Under the pieces are notes generated by a model. It did no database searches. It saw only the letters and a list, made by a program, of their open reading frames with translations, and had not been told where the DNA came from. A stretch of 64,000 nucleotides of DNA from Candidatus Bathyarchaeota archaeon (lineage in GTDB: Archaea > Thermoproteota > Bathyarchaeia > Bathyarchaeales > Bathyarchaeaceae): assembly GCA_963772765.1 (NCBI GenBank), contig CAVYYP010000006.1:26091-90090 (forward strand). The letters run 5' to 3'. Both the position numbers and the translations under genes were made by a program. Shown piece after piece: positions 18,704-27,896 of the stretch (its first letter is position 1; every line of letters starts with the position of its first letter).

Positions 18704-19258
18704 GTGACAGAGGAACACTCTTTCTATATGGAGAGTCTTCCAGAGGGGAGCAGAATCGAACAATTATGCAATGAATTAAAGAAATTTCTGACATCTGATA
18801 TTGAGAATCTTCAGCGTTTCCTATTGAAATTATTTGAAACTTGTTATTGTTTTGTGTTTGAAAATCATCAACCATTATTTTCTCCTAAAATTGAAATCAA
18901 TCTAATCTATCAAACAAAGCTATATGAGAAAAAAGTTAAAGAAAACAGCGCAAAAATCAAAGAGCCAGCAAAAGACAAATCATTCGCATTTTATTTGGCA
19001 AATAATGCCAAAGGAACCATTTTCATCAATGTGGAAAAGCTACTATTTTTGTTAGATAAAAGTTATTCAACGTTCATACTAAATTTGGTAATGACCTATT
19101 TTCATGAGATTCTCCATTGTTGCTACCTAAATTTGAGGACCGAAAAAGAAATCTTTAGCATCGAATGTTTACTGGTTGAGAAGTTTTTGGGAATAAATCT
19201 TCCAGAAGAACTGGAGAAACTACAGTCAAAACACCTTCACAAACATGCGCGCGCCTGA
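18704..19258 (+). CDS. hypothetical protein with an HExxH motif
   Basis: 184 aa. The only recognisable element is LVMTYFHEILHCCY (HEILH), a possible minimal zinc-metallopeptidase motif. Confidence 0.4.
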   Translation: MTEEHSFYMESLPEGSRIEQLCNELKKFLTSDIENLQRFLLKLFETCYCFVFENHQPLFSPKIEINLIYQTKLYEKKVKENSAKIKEPAKDKSFAFYLANNAKGTIFINVEKLLFLLDKSYSTFILNLVMTYFHEILHCCYLNLRTEKEIFSIECLLVEKFLGINLPEELEKLQSKHLHKHARA

Positions 19259-19494
19259 ATCACATTCTTCTTAGAATGAGATCGTTTTATAACCGACCAT
19301 AAGAACTACAAATCTATAGTTAACTAATCCCAACTGAACAATATTTTCTACAGAAGCAAACCGAGAAAGGAAATAAAAATCCAAATTTAGCCTTCATAAT
19401 ATAATAACACTCGAATGAACTATTATTGTAACCTGCTGAGAGTGACAAATCTTGGAACAAATTCTAGAATTATTGAGGACAATATTAGATTCGG

Positions 19495-19740
19495 GTGGTA
19501 CTAATACCAGGTTTGGCTTTAGCCTTTGGATTTTACATAGCCTATGTCTTTTTATCAGCAAAAAACGATGTTCCAATGACAAAAGAAGAAGCTGAAACTC
19601 TTTGGAAATTTCATAAACAAAAAGATTGCTGCAAAGCTAAAACATGGCAGGAAATAACTAAGAAAAACAAACTAGTTGGATATGAATGTGAATGTGGATT
19701 TAAGCACATTCAGAAGAAGCATCTAGTAACTGTTGGCTAA
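19495..19740 (+). CDS. small membrane-anchored Cys-rich protein (hypothetical)
   Basis: N-terminal TM helix followed by CCKAK...ECECGFKH. Confidence 0.35.
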   Translation: MVLIPGLALAFGFYIAYVFLSAKNDVPMTKEEAETLWKFHKQKDCCKAKTWQEITKKNKLVGYECECGFKHIQKKHLVTVG

Positions 19741-19853
19741 AATTTTTGATTTACTTGCCTCTGTCTCATAAGAAAACTAAATCTATAGTGGACTCTGAGA
19801 GATTCAAATTTTATCAGAATGACTCTTACGTAACGAAGGAGACAGCATCACGT

Positions 19854-20366
19854 TTAATCTGCAGAACACCATCCACTTTTTTTTAGAAGAACCAAAGTTT
19901 TCTTTATTTCTTCACACCAATCTATCACCATTTTTTCTACTTCTCTTTTATCCTCAATAGTATTACTAACAGCCAATCCCTGTAATACGGAACAAAAACC
20001 AGTAGTTTTTCTCAAATTCTCAAAACTCTTCTCTGGCTTTTTACCACCCAACGTTATAAAAAAAGCTCCCTTTTTCTGAGAAAAATCATTCAAAGACAAA
20101 AATGTCCTAATTGCCGGAGTAATCTTACCAGCCCATACTGGAGAACCAACAACAATAAAATCATATTCATCAATAGACTTTGAAACTTCAATTTCAGTAA
20201 GTTTTTCTCTAAAAGAAGCTGCTCCACCTTTTAGATAAATTAATTTACCTTTTTTATGCCTCTTATCAACTACTTCACACAAATCTGCACCCAATTGATC
20301 AGCAATTATCTTGGCCACAAATTCAGTACTTCCAGTTAACGAAAAATAAACAACTAAACTTTTCAT
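19854..20366 (-). CDS. flavodoxin-fold protein
   Basis: MKSLVVYFSLTGSTEFVAKIIADQLGA... and FIVVGSPVWAGKITPAIRTFL are typical of flavodoxin-like FMN-binding proteins. Confidence 0.75.
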   Translation of the reverse strand: MKSLVVYFSLTGSTEFVAKIIADQLGADLCEVVDKRHKKGKLIYLKGGAASFREKLTEIEVSKSIDEYDFIVVGSPVWAGKITPAIRTFLSLNDFSQKKGAFFITLGGKKPEKSFENLRKTTGFCSVLQGLAVSNTIEDKREVEKMVIDWCEEIKKTLVLLKKSGWCSAD

Positions 20367-20514
20367 TAATCACCCTCACTTTACCTGTAATTTTTCCATA
20401 ATATCATCTTTTCCCAGAACAAACAAACTATCAAATCAAATTTCCTACCTGCTACTATGAAAGCTTGGTTCAAAAACTTTATTTCTAAAAATCACATTCT
20501 TGGTCTGATCCTTC

Positions 20515-20848
20515 ATGTTGGTTTATCTGGTTGCAACTTATTCTGTTTTAATCGGCGTTTTTATGTTTAGTTTTTGGATATATGCAGTTTATTCTGACAT
20601 AATACCTGAAGAGGAAAAACCTTGGGGAATAAGATTTCACTTATTTTCAGAATTTACGACCGCAACAATGTTGACACTTTCAGGAATAGCACAAATTCTC
20701 ATGTTTTGAATGGGCAAAATCAATCTCATTATTGACGTTAGGGATGCTAATGTACATTGTAATTTATAGTGCGCGCGCATTCATATCTGCAAAAATTGTT
20801 GGTGAATTATTTTTTATGTGTGAAAAAGCCAAAAGAGACAGATTTTAG
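20515..20848 (+). pseudogene. small polytopic membrane protein interrupted at a T-run
   Basis: ORF 20515..20709 stops at TGA inside ATGTTTTGA. Skipping one T of the run at 20704-20707 continues as EWAKSISLLLTLGMLMYIVIYSARAFISAKIVGELFF...* to 20848. Confidence 0.4.
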
Positions 20849-20864
20849 AATGAATTTGCTAAAG

Positions 20865-21351
20865 TCATCTAGGTAGGTCTATTCCATTGCATTTAATCGC
20901 AATTTTCGGAGCCAAGGAGAACGCAAAGTAGGTCTGCGCCAACAACAATGTTTCAATTCGGTCAATATTACCAAGGAGACGAATTTTACCGATAAGATGA
21001 GAAACCTGGGATAAGTTCTTGAACCTTGCCCAAACGAAGAAATCGTAATCTCCAACGAGTTCAACAATTAGATATAGTTCTGGCATCTGCATCAGGCTCT
21101 TCATTACATCTTCTTTTTTTACTTCTGGTGCAAGAGACAGCATAAAGAACGTTGTACCTTTGTCACCCAATTTCTTTCCATCTACCAACACCGAACACAC
21201 CTTAATTAGTTCCTTCTTTTTTCATTCTTTCATATCTTTTTCCAACGGTTTGGTGAGACACACCAATGTTCTTCGCTATCTGGGAAAAAGGCATCTGTGC
21301 ATCCCCCATCAGTTCCGTAAGAATCTTGATATCAACTTCGCCCATTGTCAT
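20865..21351 (-). pseudogene. Lrp/AsnC-family transcriptional regulator, one frameshift
   Basis: HTH half from own translation: MTMGEVDIKILTELMGDAQMPFSQIAKNIGVSHQTVGKRYERMKKEG, which stops at TAA 21204-21202. Removing one A near 21210 joins it to LIKVCSVLVDGKKLG...LIVELVGDYDFFVWARFKNL (RAM domain, ORF 20865..21200). Confidence 0.75.
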
Positions 21352-21832
21352 CGACCTTTGCTATGTCTACTTGATTTAATGTTTTAGAGTAATTGTAATA
21401 CGGCTCTCCAGTCCATATGTTAACGGCGACTCGTTTTACCCCCTTAATGTTCTTAATGATCGCGGTAATCTTCTTGAGGTCCTCAATGTCGCTGTGCCCT
21501 AATGAGAGCACATAAATTATACCGTCCGATGCTCTCCGCACAAACAATCACTTTTGCCATCGTTCTTATTTTCTGCTTTATTTGAGGTTCTAGTGAATCT
21601 GTCACATCAATAAGTAGAGTCGCATAGAACGGAAGACCGAATATTTTAGGATCGACCAAAGGCAGGTCCCTACGATAACGCCCTCTTGCCTTAACAGTTT
21701 TATTCTTCTGAGAACTGCGCTTGATGTTAATCCACACTTCTTTGATATTTCTTTGAGACTTGACCGCGCATCTTCGATCAAAATACTCAAAATCATTAAG
21801 TCGAGTTTATCAAGTTGAAATCCATTAGTCAT
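21332..21832 (-). pseudogene. Lrp/AsnC-family transcriptional regulator, two frameshifts
   Basis: Three consecutive fragments in three frames: LDKLDLMILSILIEDARSSLKEISKKCGLTSSAVLRRIKLLRQEGVIVG, then LVDPKIFGLPFYATLLIDVTDSLEPQIKQKI, then IIYVLSLGHSDIEDLKKITAIIKNIKGVKRVAVNIW. Confidence 0.7.
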
Positions 21833-21883
21833 AGTTCTAAGAAAGTGAACCTTTTCATATATTCTTTATGTAGTTGAATTGTG

Positions 21884-21897
21884 CCAATTTAAATTGG
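21884..21897. promoter_or_regulatory. perfect 14-bp palindrome CCAATTTAAATTGG in a divergent intergenic region
   Basis: Read directly. Lies between the Lrp/AsnC gene start (21832, minus) and the surface-protein gene start (22027, plus). Confidence 0.3.
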
Positions 21898-22026
21898 AAA
21901 TATGACAAAAATTGCGTTAAAACTATTATTTAACTAATTATTTCAATTTTTTTGTTTAAATCATGACAAAGTTTAAAAAGTAATTGCGCCAAAAACAGAT
22001 GCTTTAGGGCAGGGTGGAGATAAAAA

Positions 22027-24678
22027 ATGGGAAATTTTAAAAGTCAAAAAAATACTTGCAGTTGCATTTGCTTTTGCATTTGTTATAGCTTCGTTAACAT
22101 CAATACAAATTCTAGTGAATGCTCAAGGGAGTGAAATCACAGGTGGACCTTTACCTGCAGGAGTAACACCAGAATGGACCGTTGAGACTGTCGCCTATCT
22201 CAGCTTTAGCCCGAACCCAATAGGAGTAAATCAGGAGCTCCTTATCAACCTGTTGACAACACCCGCACCAGGAGCAAATCGTGCACACACTGGATACACT
22301 GTAACAATTACGAAACCAGATGGATCAATCGAAGTAATTGGTCCCGTGAATTCCTATGTAGCAGATGGAACATACTGGTTCACATACGTTCCCGACCAAG
22401 TTGGCACATGGAAACTCAAGTTTGATTTCGCAGGAGATTATTACCCAGCTGGACGTTATGTCGATGGTGTATTGGACAATTCAGCTCCACCAGGATTTTC
22501 TCTTTTCGTACGTGATTACCCTGAAACATACTATTTGCCTGCATCTACTCCAGAACAAGAACTTGTTGTACAAGAAGATATAGTGTATTCATGGCCTCCT
22601 TCAGCTCTTCCAACCGACTACTGGACTAGACCAATATCGGTTGAAAACAGGGAATGGTTCATGATCGGAGGAAACTACCCCTACTCGTACTACAACAGCA
22701 TTCAAAACTACGCTGGTCCATTTGTGCATTAGGACCCAACACAGCACATATCCTTTGGAAACAACTAGGTGCACTGTCAGGATTAATCGGCGGCGAAACT
22801 GGAATCTATGGCATAGAAAGCGGAGGTGGCACTCCCAGCGTAATTTACATGGGACGATGCTATGAAACCAAGACGGTGCCAATCAATGGTGTCCCTACAA
22901 GCTGTGCTGTATGCTATGATTTGCGAACTGGAGAGCAGTACTATGCGATACCAATAGCCCAAGGCGGAGTAACCCCGTCATATCTATCATACTACAGAGG
23001 AACAGCAACCGGGGGACTTGGAGGAGAATCTGGCAGTTTCACAGTGGATTTGCTTACTATAAGTGATGGAAAGCTCTATAAAATAAATCCATTAACTGGA
23101 GCTGTCACTCTCGATGCGTCGATTTCACCAGTTACTACAGGTAGCTTTTACCACAACAATTTTGTGTTAAGCGTTCAAACAATTGGTTCTGGCCCCACCC
23201 GCGAATACCGCCTAATTAATTGGACAACAGAAGGAACCAGCACCAACTTCGCTAGCAGAGTACTTGGGAATGTGAGTTGGCCAGTTAGCACTGCACCCGG
23301 ATCACTTGGTCTGATTGCCGATTACGATACAGGTATCTGCGTTGGAACAATAGCTGGCATCTTCGGTGCAGGTTCAGGAGGAAAAGCTGTAACTGGAGAC
23401 TTTGGATTAGCTGGTGGAGCATATGGAACACGCATTGTAGGTATAAGCATGGTAACTGGAGCAGTGCTTTACAACTTCACCGTCGACGACACATCATTTT
23501 ACCCCTTGTCTGATACAGTTGGAGAAGGAAAAATCGCCATACCTATGGACAATAGAAAGCTATATTGTTTCGATCTGATCAGCGGAGATTTGGAGTGGAT
23601 AAGCACAGAGCTTGACTATCCATGGGGAGGTTATGGAGCTTATTCGGCAGCATCAGCCTATGGTAACTTCTATTGGCCAACATACGATGGAGTAGTTGCT
23701 TTTGACTGGGAGACTGGAGAAAGAGTTTGGCACTTCCAATATGTAAGTGTTCCATTTGAAAGTTCTTATTCTATGGCTAACGGCACTGCGCAAAACCCAT
23801 TCTTCGGCCGACCACTTGTTGCAGATGGAAAAATCTACGTAGCAAATACTGAACACACTCCAACACAGCCCGTTAAAAGGGGTTGGAGAATTTTCGCTCT
23901 TGACGCAATTACAGGTGAAGAGATTTGGAACGTAACAGGCTTGATGACACCTGGTACAGTAGCCGATGGATATCTTACAGCCAGCAACTCCTACGATGGA
24001 TATATGTACGTTTTCGGCAAGGGATTAACCGCTACAACAGTTACTGCACCTGACCTTTCAGTACCTAAAGGAACAGCTTTCACAATAAAGGGAACAGTCT
24101 TAGATCAGTCTCCTGCTCAACCAGGAACTCCTTGTGTTTCTAAAGACTCAATGACAATACAAATGGAATACTTACACATGCAGCATCCAATTGATGGACT
24201 TTATCACGACCAAATAATTACTGGTGTTCCAGTAACACTATCAGCCATAGCTGAGGACGGCACCTATGTCGACATTGGCACTGTAACTTCAGATGGATAT
24301 ACAGGCGCTTTCGGAGCATCATGGATCCCAACAACAGAAGGCACATACAAAATTATTGCATCTTTTGATGGAGACGATTCATACGGCAGCTCAAATGCAG
24401 CAACATATGTAACAGTTGGTCCAGCAGCTTCAGCAGCAGCTCCAATTGAACCAGAACAACCTACGCCAACTGAACCTACACAACCAACACCAAGTGAACC
24501 TACACCAGAAGAACCAACACCTGAACAGCCCACACCCGAAGAGCCAACACCAGAAGAACCCGAACCAACAGTACCAGAACACCCACTCATCAGCGCAGAA
24601 CTAACAATCGCCATAGCAGTAGTAGCTGCATGCACTATTGGTGCAGTAGCCTACATCGCACTAAGACGACGAAAATAA
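22027..24678 (+). pseudogene. large secreted beta-propeller (PQQ/BamB-like repeat) surface protein, decayed paralogue of 49672..52302
   Basis: ATG 22027 after GGTGGAG gives MGNFKSQK. The frame breaks in the A7 run at 22046-22052 and resumes as ILAVAFAFAFVIASLTSIQILVNAQG. A second break near 22725 joins PFV(H*) to GPNTAHILWKQ. Collinear with the intact paralogue along its whole length. Confidence 0.75.
24442..24582 (+). repeat. Pro/Thr/Glu-rich tandem-repeat linker
   Basis: PIEPEQPTPTEPTQPTPSEPTPEEPTPEQPTPEEPTPEEPEPTVPEH, made of degenerate 15-nt units. Absent from the paralogue. Confidence 0.8.
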
Positions 24679-24695
24679 ACAGAGGAACTCATCTT

Positions 24696-24713
24696 CCTCC
24701 CACTTTTTTGGGA
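24696..24713 (+). terminator. T-rich hairpin or oligo-T terminator candidate
   Basis: CCTCCCACTTTTTTGGGA lies 18 nt after the stop. The same TCCC-T6-GGGA structure follows the paralogue at 52314-52333. Confidence 0.45.
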
Positions 24714-25084
24714 AAAAAGAATTGGATGAAGGAACTGAAAAAAGTTGAAGATTTGAAGGATTGCACTATTATCCCCCCTACTCATGGATACCTGTGCTCA
24801 TTAACAACTTCAACTTCACGTTTCAGAAAAGCCTTCCTCCAAAAGCATGGATGGAATGGACTGAAAGAGCTTTGAAAGAATGGAAATAGTGGCAATATAA
24901 TTGTTGATATTTTCATTTCTTTCTCCTTTTAGTTGGTTTCAAAGCTTCAGAAACCCATTCCTTCCAAAAAACAACCAATATTCGCGTATGTCCACTGGAC
25001 CAAAAAACCATCCGCGCGCGGTCGCCAGCAGCCCTTGAGCTGAACTGAAAGTTGCACTGTTTTGTTTCACCCAAAATTACATAG

Positions 25085-25522
25085 GTAAAAACCAAAAACA
25101 GCAGGGAATACCATAAAAGGTTAAATATTAGACCCAAAACCAAACGTACCTATTTTCTTGTTCTTTGGAGCTTCAGAATAAAAATTGTCGTTGTTGTAAC
25201 TTTAGTAATATCGGTTGTTCCATTTATTTACGTTTTTTCTGACCACATCAATTTCATATATGTTGCACAAATCATAGAGGTGATAGGAAGTGGCATGGTT
25301 TTCCCCTCATGGATGGCTATCTGGGCTAGAAACGCTGATATTAATAACAGAAGTTTTGAATGGAGCCTATATTCCACATTAACAGGAATAGGAACTGGAG
25401 CAGCCGCACTAATTGGGGCTACAATCGCATAATTGTCTGGATTTGTTTACACATTCGTCATCGTTGGTGCAATATCACTTTTTGGATGCTTCATTCTGAT
25501 TGGCTTAGAAAGCAAACAATAG
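25085..25522 (+). pseudogene. C-terminal remnant of an MFS-type transporter with an in-frame TAA
   Basis: Own translation: ...IVVVVTLVISVVPFIYVFSDHINFIYVAQIIEVIGSGMVFPSWMAIWARNADINNRSFEWSLYSTLTGIGTGAAALIGATIA*LSGFVYTFVIVGAISLFGCFILIGLESKQ*. TAA at 25430-25432. No N-terminal half lies upstream. Confidence 0.5.
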
Positions 25523-25601
25523 CTATCCAAGAATAAGACATGGAAAGAATCAAGATATTTAAAGAAAACAATATTTAGGCTTCAGTACATTCCAATGTTG
25601 C

Positions 25602-26889
25602 GTGGAAAATTTGGGTTTCGAAAAAAGGACAAATTATCATGTGTGCCATATCGCTTCCAGTGATTCAGTAAAACAGCACAAACTGCGAAAAAGGATAGCT
25701 TGGCTGTCAAGCAAAGAAGGACGAGAAAATGAACTGATTTCAATTTACATTCCCTCAAAGTACAGCAGTAGAGAATGTGCTCAGCAAACTCAAGAACAAG
25801 TCTAAAAGCATACACAAAGAACGGGAAAGTGACGGTCTTCAAGATGCAATTAAGAATACAATCCAGCATCTGAAACAATAAAATGAAATCCCAGAGAACG
25901 GACTGGCACTGTTTGCTGGAAACATAGTTGAGGACAATCAGGAAGTGTTTGTTGTAGAAGAGATTGTTCCGCCAGAAAATATTGGTACGTATGTTTGTGA
26001 GATTTCTCATCGTTTCCATTTGGAGCCTTTAAGGCAGATGGTACGAAATCCAAGAATCGTTGGGTTTATAGTTCTGGACTCAAAGGAAGCAAGTTTTGGT
26101 TTACTAAATGGTGAAGTTTTTGAAGTAGTCAAAAAAATTTCATCGGGCATTTCAGGAAAGTCTGGAAAAGGCGGGCAGAGCCAACGACGTTACGAACGAG
26201 AACGTGACATGGAACTTGTAGCCTTTTTTCATCGAGTCGCAGAATATGCATCGAAAGAATTTCTTGAAAAGATAGAGGTCATGGCTCTGATAGTAGGTGG
26301 TCCAAGCACTACAAAAAACGGTTTTGTAAATGGCAGTTATCTTCATTATCAGCTAAAAGATGGTCTCTTGAGTGTAGTTGATACCCAAACTGTTGGAAAA
26401 GAAGGCTTGAATGAGATGCTTGACAAGTCCTCTGAAACCTTGAAGAACATGTGTTTCCCTGAAGAAAGAATGCTAATGCAGCGACTTTTACAAGAATTAC
26501 ACAAACAAAACGGTTTGATATCATACGGACTACAACCCGTGCTAACTGCAATAAACAAGGGAGCAGTGGAAATTGTGCTGGCAACAGACACCACAGAATT
26601 CATTGAAATCGCTGTTACATGCAAAATGTGTGGCTTGTCTAAAAAGAGGATAGTAACTAGTAGCGAGAAGATTCAAGCAATAAACGAAATGGCATCTGCG
26701 TCCTGTGGTCAATGCAATTCAAAGGAATATGAAGTTGAAGAAAAAGACATCATAGACGTCTTAGAAGACGCAGCCTCAAAAACTGACGCAAAAGTTGAAG
26801 TCATATCTACAGACTCGGAAGAAAAAAATCAGCTCACTCTTCTAGGAGGAGTTGCAGCGCTTCTAAGATACAGACCGACAGAAAATTAA
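25602..26889 (+). pseudogene. prf1: peptide chain release factor aRF1 homologue, interrupted as written (one frameshift plus one in-frame TAA)
   Basis: Frame 3 gives KQHKLRKRIAWLSSKEGRENELISIYIP. Frame 1 from about 25757 gives STAVENVLSKLKNKSKSIHKERESDGLQDAIKNTIQHLKQ, then TAA at 25879-25881, then NEIPENGLALFAG...YVCEISHRFHLEPL...SGKGGQSQRRYERERD (GGQ) and a CxxC...CxxC insert in domain 3. Track ORFs 25602..25805 and 25945..26889 are the fragments. Confidence 0.75.
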
Positions 26890-26897
26890 CCTTTGAG

Positions 26898-27893
26898 CTA
26901 TATTACAGCAATTAGAACTATGTAAATGACATATCCGAAAACAGCTGATAGAGGCGCAGACAGAATCCATGCCCAGATGATTCTTCGCATTGTTCCCCAT
27001 TTTACTGCTCTTTTTCCACGGGTTAACCCTGCACCGATTAGAGTTCCGTTGTCAACGTGAGTTGAGCTCATAGGAATTCCAAAAAAGGCTGCTGCACCCA
27101 AGACTAAAGAGCTTGACAGGTCGCTAGCAAAGCCTTGGTATGGTCGGACACGCATAATTTTTGTTGCCATTGTTTTTACTATGCGCCATCCTCCGAACAC
27201 GACTCCTGATGATAGAATCACGTATGATACGATGATGACCCAGAAGGGTATAACAAATTCGGATATGTAGCCGTAGTAGAACAGAATCATGGTGATTATG
27301 CCCATGACTTTTTGGGCGTCGTTTGTGGCGTCGGTTACTGAAAACAAAAACGTGGCAACAATCTGCAGCCGCTTGAAGCGTCTGTTCATTTTGCTTGCAG
27401 GCTGGTTTCGGAAGGCTCGTATTATCATACTTGTTATGGCAAAGGCTACCAGAATGGCGATAAACGGTGAAGTGATTAGCGGGATTACTATTTTGTTTAT
27501 GATTCCATCAACTTGTATTATTTCCCAGCCTCCAGCCGCAACGCCTGCTCCGATGAGTCCCCCGATTAGGACGTGGGTTTCAGAAATTGGCAGGGCGTAT
27601 ACCCAAGAGAATATTACATCAAAAATTAGGGCACCCAGAAGTGTTGCAACAATTACTTCTCCTGAAGCAAAGCCTTCGGTTATGATTCCTGTTCCTATGG
27701 TTTGGGCAACAGCAGACCCGAATATTGTCATGCCGATCAAGGAACCGACAGTGGAGATGACTATGGCTTGGTTGGTTTTTACTGCTCGTGTTGCAATTAT
27801 TCCTGCTGTGGCATATGCTGCGTCAGTGAATCCTGTCCAGAACCCGAAAATTATGGCTAGAATTACGGCGAAGATTACGATTAGGTCTATCAT
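26898..27893 (-). CDS. inorganic phosphate transporter, PiT family
   Basis: FWTGFTDAAYATAGIIATR and SVTDATNDAQKVMGII match the two PiT signature regions. About 10 TM helices. Confidence 0.85.
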   Translation of the reverse strand: MIDLIVIFAVILAIIFGFWTGFTDAAYATAGIIATRAVKTNQAIVISTVGSLIGMTIFGSAVAQTIGTGIITEGFASGEVIVATLLGALIFDVIFSWVYALPISETHVLIGGLIGAGVAAGGWEIIQVDGIINKIVIPLITSPFIAILVAFAITSMIIRAFRNQPASKMNRRFKRLQIVATFLFSVTDATNDAQKVMGIITMILFYYGYISEFVIPFWVIIVSYVILSSGVVFGGWRIVKTMATKIMRVRPYQGFASDLSSSLVLGAAAFFGIPMSSTHVDNGTLIGAGLTRGKRAVKWGTMRRIIWAWILSAPLSAVFGYVIYIVLIAVI

Positions 27894-27896
27894 AGA

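Noticed and set aside
24913-25143. A 76-aa minus-strand ORF (one TM helix, ending KPTKRRKK) whose 3' end lies in the block conserved downstream of both beta-propeller paralogues.
   Set aside because: The paralogous locus (52495-52700) has no open frame. The conserved block looks more like shared non-coding flank or a dead gene. The ORF also overlaps the MFS remnant antisense.
25750-25765. An RF2-style programmed +1 frameshift as autoregulation of the release-factor gene.
   Set aside because: The zero frame has no stop codon at the shift site (it stays open to 25803-25805). I see no obvious slippery or SD-like stimulator. An ordinary 1-nt indel fits better.
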